The notes under the pieces are model-generated. The model was not told the origin of the DNA. It worked only from the letters and a program-made list of their open reading frames with translations, and ran no database searches. Below, one piece after another: positions 16,533 to 23,028 of a stretch of 32,000 bases of DNA. Numbering within the stretch: position 1 is the stretch's first letter; each line of letters begins with the position of its first letter. The position numbers and the translations under genes are program-made. Source of the DNA: an uncultured Chloroflexia bacterium (GTDB taxonomy: Bacteria > Chloroflexota > Ktedonobacteria > Ktedonobacterales > JADMIN01). The DNA is taken from positions 60,001 through 92,000 of the forward strand of contig CAVRAI010000003.1 of NCBI GenBank assembly GCA_963718915.1, read 5' to 3'.

Positions 16533-17838
16533 GACGCAATCGTATTTGCTGACAACATCCGGCCCGGCGCTGACGAGCTTTGACGCCTACGCGCAGCAGG
16601 GCGGATTCACCGGACTTCGCCAGGCGCTGACGAATATGACGCCAGCGCAGGTACTGGGCGAGTTGCGTACCGCTGGCCTGCGCGGACGCGGCGGCGCTGG
16701 CGTGCTGACGGCGGAGAAGCTCAAGCTGGTGGCTCAGGCGGTGGCCGACGAGAAATATCTTGTCTGCAACGCCTACGATGCCGATATGCGATCTGCGGCG
16801 GCGAGCAGCCTGCTGGAACGCAACCCCTTCCTCGTCATCGAGGGCGTCGCGCTGGCCGCCTATGCCATCGGCGCCACCGAGGCCTACCTCTACGTCCGCA
16901 GCAGCCGCACCGCCGCCGCCGAGAGTATTCGCGCGGCGCTCACCAGCGCCCAGGAGCGCAATGCGCTGGGGCGGGGCATCTTTGGCTCGCAGACCGACCT
17001 GAATATCACGCTGGTCGGGGTCGAGCGCGGCTTCATGGCAGGCGAGGAATCGTCCCTGCTCGAAATCATCAAGGGTCGCCCGATGAAGGCGCAGCAGCGT
17101 CCGCCGTATCCGACCGAGTACGGGTTGCAGGGCCAGCCCACCGTCGTGCAGAACGTCGAGACGCTGGCGAATCTGCCGGTGATTGTAGCGCGCGGCGGCG
17201 ACGCCTTCCGTAAGCTGGGCACCGAGGGCAGCCCTGGCACGAAGCTGCTGACGGTTATCTGGCCAGGCTCGCCACAGGGGGTCATCGTCGAAGCTCCCTT
17301 TGGCACGAAGATTCGCGATGTGCTGGCGAAGGCTGGCGCGCCGGTCAATGAGAGCACGACACGCGCGGTGGTCGTCGGCGGCGGCGAGGGTGGCGCATTG
17401 CCGCTCAGCCTGCTGGATACGCCCTACGACTATGAGCCACTGGAAGAGGTCGGCGTCATCGTCGGCTCTAGCATCATCGAGTTGCTCCCCGCGGACACCT
17501 GCATGGTGCGCTGGGCCACTGAGCGCTCGAACACGCTGGCCCGCGAGTCCTGTGGCAAGTGCGTGCCGTGTCGGGTGGGCGTCAAGCGCATCGGCGGCAC
17601 GCTCGAAGGCATCATCAGCAGCCTGGGCACGCAAGACGATCTGGCGCTGCTGACCGAGTTCGCGCAGTATGTGCCCGATGGCTCGCTCTGTGGTTTCGGC
17701 GTCAACGCCGTTAAGCCGCTGACGACGGCGATGAAATACTTCGCCGACGACTTCACCGCTCATCTCGATGGCACATGCCCGACTGGCGTCTGCGAGCCGG
17801 TGCGCGCGCATCGCTACGCGACCAAGCATGTGCTTTAG
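16525..17838 (+). CDS. NuoF-like (51-kDa family) subunit with retained N3 [4Fe-4S] motif but divergent FMN/NADH-binding motifs
   Basis: Track ORF 16438..17838. I prefer the GTG at 16525 (GGAGGG at 16513-18, overlapping the upstream stop as GTGCCTGA); the alternative is ATG 16495. Motifs: GLRGRGGAG, YLVCNA, IEGVALAAYAIGA, AGEESSLLEII, PPYPTEYGL.GQPTVVQNVETLANLP, GTKLLTV, ESCGKCVPCRVG...SLCGFG. Confidence 0.85.
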   Translation: MPETQSYLLTTSGPALTSFDAYAQQGGFTGLRQALTNMTPAQVLGELRTAGLRGRGGAGVLTAEKLKLVAQAVADEKYLVCNAYDADMRSAAASSLLERNPFLVIEGVALAAYAIGATEAYLYVRSSRTAAAESIRAALTSAQERNALGRGIFGSQTDLNITLVGVERGFMAGEESSLLEIIKGRPMKAQQRPPYPTEYGLQGQPTVVQNVETLANLPVIVARGGDAFRKLGTEGSPGTKLLTVIWPGSPQGVIVEAPFGTKIRDVLAKAGAPVNESTTRAVVVGGGEGGALPLSLLDTPYDYEPLEEVGVIVGSSIIELLPADTCMVRWATERSNTLARESCGKCVPCRVGVKRIGGTLEGIISSLGTQDDLALLTEFAQYVPDGSLCGFGVNAVKPLTTAMKYFADDFTAHLDGTCPTGVCEPVRAHRYATKHVL

Positions 17839-17870
17839 GCATCTTGAGGCAATCTGGGAAGAGGCATTCT

Positions 17871-20276
17871 ATGGCAGTCACGATTCGTGAAGATTCCGCC
17901 GCAACGCCAGGCGGGCAGCCGTTCGAACGGAACGACCATGGCCAGCCATCCTTCACGCTGACCATCGATGGCCGCCCGATGCGCGCCTACGAGGGGCAGA
18001 CTATTCTCAGCGTTGCGGTGGATAACGGGATTCTCGATATTCCGAATCTCTGTAACGATGAGAAACTGGAACCCACCTCGGCCTGCCGCATGTGTCTGGT
18101 GGAGATCGAAGGAGCGGAACGCCCGCTGCCCTCGTGCAATACACCCGCCGCGCCGGGGATGGTGGTGCGCACGAAGTCGGACCGGCTACAGAACATCCGC
18201 CGCACCAACCTGGAGATGATGCTCTCCGACCACAACGCCTATTGCCAGCCACCGTGTCAGGTCGGCTGCCCGACGCATATCGATATTCCGGGCTACCTGG
18301 AACTGATCGCGCAGGGGCAGAATCGCGAGGCGGCGCGGCTGGTGAAGGAAGTGTTGCCCTTCCCCTACATCCTCGGCCTGACCTGTCCGGCGCCCTGCCA
18401 GGATGTCTGCCGCCGCGGGCTGGTGGACGAGGAGATCGCCATCTGCCGCATGCATGGCTATGCCGCCGAACAGTGCATGGACGACCCGCCAACGCCGTGG
18501 GTACAGGAAGCCACCACCGGCAAGAAGGTCGCCGTCGTCGGCGCGGGGCCGTGTGGGCTGACCGCCGCCTACTATCTGGCGCTCAAGGGCCACTACTGCA
18601 AGGTCTATGACATGATGCCCCAGTCGGGCGGCATGCTGCGCTATGGCATCCCGGAGTATCGGCTGGAGAAGGATCAGATTGATCGTGAGTTCGAGGGCGT
18701 CTGGAAGCTCGGCGTCGACGTGCAGTACAACGTCAAGCTGGGCGAAGACTTCACGATTGACGATCTCTTCAACGAGGGCTTCGACGCGGTCTACCTCGCC
18801 ATCGGCGCGTGGACCTCGAACGAGTTGGGCCTCGACGGCCAGGATTTGCCCGGCGTCATCAACGCCATCGCGTACTTGCAGGATAAGACGCGCGGCCTGA
18901 CGCAGCCGGTGAACGACACCAAAGAGGTGATCGTGCTGGGCGGCGGCTTCACGACATTCGACTGCACACGCACCTCGCTCCGCCTGGGTGCGAAGGTGCA
19001 CACGGTCTATCGCCGCGGACGTGGTGAGATGACGGCCACCTTCGAGGAGGTCGAGGATGGCGAGAGCGAGGGCACTGACCTGCAACTCTTCGCGTCGGCG
19101 ACGAAGGTGATCCACGACGGCACGAAGGTCACTGGCCTGGAGTTCCAGCGGATGCAACTGGGCGAGCCAGACGCCACGGGCCGCCGCCGCCCGGTGCCGA
19201 TCCCCGGCAGCGAATACCAGATTAGCTGCGATACGGTGATCCCAGCCTACGGGCAGAAGCCCGATAAAGCGGTGCTGCCGGAGAGTAGTGGCGTCATCTG
19301 GACGAAACATCAGACCATCGAGACCGACCCGTACAACTTCATGACGGCGCGCAAGGGCGTCTTCGCGGGCGGCGACGCAGTGATCGGCGCCTCGACGATT
19401 ATCGAGTGCGTGGCGCAGGGCAAGCTGGCCTCCCGTTCGATTGACGCCTATCTGCGTAGCGAGGATATGGCGGTCGTCTCGAAGACCATCGAGGCGGAGG
19501 AGCGCAAGCCGGACCTCTTCGACATCGTGCCCTACAAGCCGGTCGAGCCGAAGGTCAAGATGCCGATGCTGCCCTATGACGAGCGGGATCGCAACTTCCG
19601 GCTGATCGAGATGGGTTACACCCAGGAGCAGGCCGAGCGCGAGGCGGGCCGCTGCTTGCAGTGCGCGTGCCCGGCGGCGGGGCAGTGCGATCTGCAAAAA
19701 TACAGCATCGAGTACAACCTCGAAAACAACCGCTTCCATGATGGCGAGCCAAGCGACTACCACGACTACGAGTTCGATCTGTCGCATAGCTTCATCCTGC
19801 GCGACCCGAACAAGTGCATCAACTGCACCCAGTGCGTGCGCGTCTGCCACGACGTGATCGGCCCGAACTGCTATGGCATGTTTGGCCACGGCTTCGATAC
19901 GATTGTTTCGACGCCGTTCAACGCCTCGCTGCACGAGACGGACTGTGTTTCGTGTGGCGCGTGCGTGCAGGTCTGCCCGACCGGCTCGCTGATGATGGCG
20001 GAGCGCGAGCTGGTGCGCTGGGACTTCGCGCTGGATCGCTGCATCTTCTGCGGCGACTGCGTGGAGGTCTGCCCGCACGGCGCGCTCGGCGAGACGCCCA
20101 ACTTCGAGCTATCGTTCTACAACCGCTTTGGCCGCGATATCTCGATGCCGATGCAGGATGTGGCGCGCGCGCCGTCGTTCCTGGTGCGCCAGCCCGTGCC
20201 GCGCAACGAGGACGAGCGCCCCAATGGACTGAACCCGCTGGTGCGTCCGCTGCCCGCGCGCCAGATTCGCGAATAG
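17871..20276 (+). CDS. Multidomain Fe-S flavoprotein: NuoG/HydA-type N-terminal [2Fe-2S] domain, GltD-type (glutamate synthase small-subunit-like) FAD/NAD(P)H module, NuoG-type 2x[4Fe-4S] region, NuoI C-terminal half
   Basis: Track ORF 17775..20276; the ATG at 17871 follows GGGAAGAGG. Domains in order:
- [2Fe-2S]: LTIDGRPMRAYEGQTILSVA...NLCNDEKLEPTSACRMCLVEIEG...SCNT
- GltD-like: HNAYCQPPCQVGCPTHIDIPGYLELI...LTCPAPCQDVC, VAVVGAGPCGLTAAYYL, GGMLRYGIPEYRLEKD, VFAGGDAV
- 4Fe-4S region: RCLQCACPAAGQCDLQ, CINCTQCVRVC, CVSCGACVQVCPTGSL
- tail: WDFALDRCIFCGDCVEVCPHGALGETPNFELSFY, resembling NuoI [34 protein letters not shown]. Confidence 0.85.
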   Translation: MAVTIREDSAATPGGQPFERNDHGQPSFTLTIDGRPMRAYEGQTILSVAVDNGILDIPNLCNDEKLEPTSACRMCLVEIEGAERPLPSCNTPAAPGMVVRTKSDRLQNIRRTNLEMMLSDHNAYCQPPCQVGCPTHIDIPGYLELIAQGQNREAARLVKEVLPFPYILGLTCPAPCQDVCRRGLVDEEIAICRMHGYAAEQCMDDPPTPWVQEATTGKKVAVVGAGPCGLTAAYYLALKGHYCKVYDMMPQSGGMLRYGIPEYRLEKDQIDREFEGVWKLGVDVQYNVKLGEDFTIDDLFNEGFDAVYLAIGAWTSNELGLDGQDLPGVINAIAYLQDKTRGLTQPVNDTKEVIVLGGGFTTFDCTRTSLRLGAKVHTVYRRGRGEMTATFEEVEDGESEGTDLQLFASATKVIHDGTKVTGLEFQRMQLGEPDATGRRRPVPIPGSEYQISCDTVIPAYGQKPDKAVLPESSGVIWTKHQTIETDPYNFMTARKGVFAGGDAVIGASTIIECVAQGKLASRSIDAYLRSEDMAVVSKTIEAEERKPDLFDIVPYKPVEPKVKMPMLPYDERDRNFRLIEMGYTQEQAEREAGRCLQCACPAAGQCDLQKYSIEYNLENNRFHDGEPSDYHDYEFDLSHSFILRDPNKCINCTQCVRVCHDVIGPNCYGMFGHGFDTIVSTPFNASLHETDCVSCGACVQVCPTGSLMMAERELVRWDFALDRCIFCGDCVEVCPHGALGETPNFELSFYNRFGRDISMPMQDVARAPSFLVRQPVPRNEDERPNGLNPLVRPLPARQIRE

Positions 20277-20307
20277 CCTGTAGCGCAATAGAATAGGCAT
20301 AGCAAGA

Positions 20308-20340
20308 GGGTGATCGGTGGAATGCCGGTCACCTTTTTTG
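20308..20340 (+). terminator. Rho-independent terminator of the nuo-like operon (also left copy of the islet-flanking repeat)
   Basis: gtgatcgg (20310-17) - tggaatg - ccggtcac (20325-32) forms 8 bp with one G.U pair. It is followed by TTTTTT (20334-39), about 30 nt after the stop at 20274-76. Confidence 0.7.
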
Positions 20341-20355
20341 TGCCTTATTGCCACT

Positions 20356-20369
20356 AGAAAATTCGTTCT
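20356..20369. promoter_or_regulatory. Candidate LexA (Cheo-type) SOS box upstream of the dinD homologue
   Basis: AGAAAattcGTTCT matches the Gram-positive/Dehalococcoides-type AGAAC-N4-GTTCT palindrome at 9 of 10 positions. It lies 8 nt upstream of a TATACT -10 candidate (20378-83) and about 50 nt before the start codon. Confidence 0.4.
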
Positions 20370-20418
20370 TCGCCATGTATACTGATAGCAGGCAAACGTT
20401 CGCGAGATGGAGGGATAC

Positions 20419-21237
20419 ATGAGTCCGTTCGAGGCGATCCGGCACAGCGATGAGGATGGGCAGGAGTTTTGGTCAGCGCGCGAGCTGGCAGTTATTCTTG
20501 ACTACTCCAACTGGCGCAACTTCGTGAAGGTTATAGGCAAGGCGCGTGAAGCCTGCGAGAACAGTGGTTATGCAGCTTCAGACCATTTCGTCGAAGCCGA
20601 CCAAATGGTCACTCTAGGCAGTGGGGCACAACGTCAGGTTGCAGATTTCTCCTTGTCGCGCTACGCCTGTTATCTCATCGTGCAGAATGCCGACCCCGAA
20701 AAACCCATCGTCGCGCTGGGGCAGACCTACTTTGCCGCGCAGACCCGTCAGGCAGAACTGGCCGAAGACGCCGAGCGTGTCTACCTGCGCGATCAGATGA
20801 GCGAGCACAACAAGACGCTGGCCGCCTCAGCATACGAAGCCGGAGTGGTTACTCGAAGCGACTTCGCCATCTTCACCGACCACGGCTATATGGGCCTCTA
20901 CAGTGGTGAGCGAGCACGCGACATCGCCGCACGCAAGGGATTGAAGCGCAGGCAGCCTATCCTCGACTGGATGAACACTGAGGAACTGGCTGATAATCTC
21001 TTCCGGCAGGTGCAGGCCGAGGCACGCATCCGTCGTGAAGGAGCCGCCAGCAAAGAGGAGGCCAACCGCATCCACCATCAGGTCGGACAGCAGGTGCGTC
21101 GCTTTATCATCGAGGAGTTAGAGGGAACGCCGCCGGAATTTCTACCGACGCCGAGCGAGAGCGTGCAGACGGTGCGCGCCCGCGAACAGCAGCGGATCCA
21201 GGCGGAACGACAGCCGTCACTCTTCCCCCACGGATGA
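20419..21237 (+). CDS. dinD: DNA-damage-inducible protein D homologue (DinD; BRO-N-like N-terminal domain)
   Basis: Track ORF 20407..21237; the ATG at 20419 follows GGAGGG (20409-14). SPFEAIRHSDEDGQEFWSARELAVILDYSNWRNFVKVIGKAREACENSGYAASDHFVE...LGSGAQRQVADFSLSRYACYLIVQNADPEKP...GQTYFAAQTR is co-linear with E. coli DinD as I recall it (QPFEEIKH...GQEFWSARELAPLLEY.DWRNF...). Confidence 0.85.
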   Translation: MSPFEAIRHSDEDGQEFWSARELAVILDYSNWRNFVKVIGKAREACENSGYAASDHFVEADQMVTLGSGAQRQVADFSLSRYACYLIVQNADPEKPIVALGQTYFAAQTRQAELAEDAERVYLRDQMSEHNKTLAASAYEAGVVTRSDFAIFTDHGYMGLYSGERARDIAARKGLKRRQPILDWMNTEELADNLFRQVQAEARIRREGAASKEEANRIHHQVGQQVRRFIIEELEGTPPEFLPTPSESVQTVRAREQQRIQAERQPSLFPHG

Positions 21238-21247
21238 CGCATAGCCG

Positions 21248-21302
21248 TTGACAGGGTGGTCAGCACGTGCCAAAATCTAGGTAGATAATTACAATTACCT
21301 AG
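21248..21302 (+). promoter_or_regulatory. abiE promoter (TTGACA-17-CAAAAT) with adjacent perfect 7-bp inverted repeat, a likely AbiEi operator
   Basis: TTGACA at 21248-53, a 17-nt spacer, then CAAAAT at 21271-76. ctaggta (21277-83) and tacctag (21296-302) flank AT-rich gataattacaat. AbiEi antitoxins are known to autorepress via inverted repeats in their promoter. Confidence 0.5.
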
Positions 21303-21319
21303 AGGTCAGAACGGATTCC

Positions 21320-21946
21320 ATGACAACGAAACCCGAAGAGCTATCTAACGGGGATCGCGCGCGTCATCTCATTCAGGAGGTGGGCGTGCTGCGTCCGCGC
21401 GACCTGGCCGCGCATGGCATCCCTCCACGCTATGCGTCTCGCCTCGCGCGGGAAGGGCTGCTAGAGCGGGCGGATCGCGGCCTCTATGCTGTGACAGATG
21501 GTGCTATCCATGAGCATCAGACGCTGGTTGAGGTGAGCCGACGGATGCCTCACGCCGTGATCTGCTTGCTTTCTGCACTACGCTTCCATGACCTGACAAC
21601 TCAAGCGCCATTCGAGGTGTGGGTAATGGTAGATGTTCACGCCTATGTGCCGCGCACGACACAACTACCAGTGCGTGTCGTTTATGCCTCGGGCAAAGCG
21701 CTTACCGAAGGTGTCGAGCAACATCTCATTATGGGCGTGCTAGTGCGTGTGACCACTCCGGCAAAGACAGTCGTGGACTGCTTCAAATACCGCTCGAAAG
21801 TTGGGCTTGATGTAGCCCTGGAGGCGCTACGTGAGACCTGGCGCGAGCGACGCGCGACGATGGACGAGTTGTGGCGCTACGCCCAAGTCTGTCGTGTCGC
21901 ACAGGTTATGCGCCCGTACCTCGAATCGCTGGAGACGCTCTCATGA
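21320..21946 (+). CDS. abiEi: Type IV toxin-antitoxin system AbiEi-family antitoxin (wHTH transcriptional autoregulator)
   Basis: 208 aa. ARHLIQEVGVLRPRDLAAHGIPPRYASRLAREGLLERADRGLYAV is the AbiEi_4-type N-terminal wHTH. The stop overlaps the next start as ATGA (21943-46). Confidence 0.8.
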   Translation: MTTKPEELSNGDRARHLIQEVGVLRPRDLAAHGIPPRYASRLAREGLLERADRGLYAVTDGAIHEHQTLVEVSRRMPHAVICLLSALRFHDLTTQAPFEVWVMVDVHAYVPRTTQLPVRVVYASGKALTEGVEQHLIMGVLVRVTTPAKTVVDCFKYRSKVGLDVALEALRETWRERRATMDELWRYAQVCRVAQVMRPYLESLETLS

Positions 21947-22869
21947 GCGATTCCACTGGTGGCAAAAAACCTCGTGCAATACCAACACCCAGGGATCTGC
22001 CAGCATCCATTCGTGGCAGGCTGAAGAACCAGGCGCGGGCGCGTGGTGAGGACATGCTCTATGTACTATCACGCTATGCGCTCGAGCGATTGCTCTTTCG
22101 CCTCGGACGCTCCTCATATGCTGACCAGTTCGTGGTAAAGGGCGCGCTTCTTTTCTCGCTCTGGAACGAGCACTCCCACCGCCCAACACGTGACCTGGAT
22201 CTGCTCGGCTTTGGTTCTGAGGACGCCAACCGCATCCAGCTGATCTTCACCGATCTGTGCACGCTGCCCATCAGTGAGGCAGATGGTCTGATATTCCAGC
22301 AGGAATCCATACAGGTGACGCCTATTCGCGAGACGCAGGAGTATGGAGGACTGCGCGTAGCAATGTGGGCATTGCTTGGGCAAACTCGCATTCGCGTGCA
22401 GGTGGACATCGGCTTTGGTGATGTCACCACACGTGCGCGTCTATCCGCCTGAGACAGTTGTCGCGGAGAAGTACGAGGCGCTCGTGCGGTTGGGGGTAAT
22501 CAACAGCCGGGTGAAAGACTTTTATGATCTGTGGACATTGGCCAGCGAACGCGCCTTCACTGGCACTATCCTCGCGACGGCGATCAGTGCGACGTTCACC
22601 CGACGTGATACGCCACTCCCGACGGCTACGCCACTCGCGCTCACTGACGACTTCATCGCTGACCCGGCAAAGCTACAACTCTGGCGCGCTTTCGTGAGCC
22701 GCAACAAACTCGATCCTGCTGCGCCTTCTCTCAACTGCTCCGCGCTTTCCTCTTGCCGCCCACACAATCACGGCTCTCTGGAGAACCATTCGATCAGCAA
22801 TGGGCGCCAGGTGGTCCATGGCAACGACCGCCCCTGGCTGCAAGTGATTCCTCCGCCGATGCAAAGTAG
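21943..22869 (+). pseudogene. abiEii: AbiEii/AbiGii-family nucleotidyltransferase toxin, disrupted (internal deletion/frameshift near 22425 and 1-nt deletion near 22725)
   Basis: Frame 1 (21943-22452): MSDSTGG...LERLLFRLGRS.YADQFVVKGALLFSLW...RPTRDLDLLGFG...QVDIGFGDVTT, then junk and a stop. Frame 2 (about 22425-22725): HVRVYPPETVVAEKYEALVRLGVINSRVKDFYDLW...LWRAFVSRNKLDPAAP. Frame 1 again (about 22726-22869): FSQLLRAFLLPPTQSRLSGEPFDQQWAPGGPWQ...*. About 15-20 residues normally between GFGD and the (R)xYPxET segment are missing. Confidence 0.75.
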
Positions 22870-22888
22870 GCAGACTCATATGTGACGA

Positions 22889-22920
22889 GTGATCGGTTGT
22901 ATGCCAGTCACCCTCTTTTC
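22889..22920 (+). terminator. Degenerate copy of the 20310-20339 terminator hairpin (right copy of the islet-flanking repeat)
   Basis: gtgatcggttgtatgccagtcacc (22889-22912) matches 20310-20333 at 21 of 24 positions and is followed by ctctttt. The stem has one mismatch more than the left copy. Confidence 0.45.
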
Positions 22921-22939
22921 GCGGCCAGTATACGGCATC

Positions 22940-22948
22940 TGCTACAAT
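22940..22948 (+). promoter_or_regulatory. Candidate extended -10 (TGcTACAAT) for the ABC ATPase gene
   Basis: tgctacaat lies at 22940-22948, about 80 nt upstream of the ATG at 23029. Confidence 0.35.
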
Positions 22949-23028
22949 AAGGCTGGCCGTAAAGCTGAGATGCCGTGGGGCGTCATATCCAGCGGGCGAG
23001 CGTCATCGGAGCGAGGAGTAGCGCAGGC

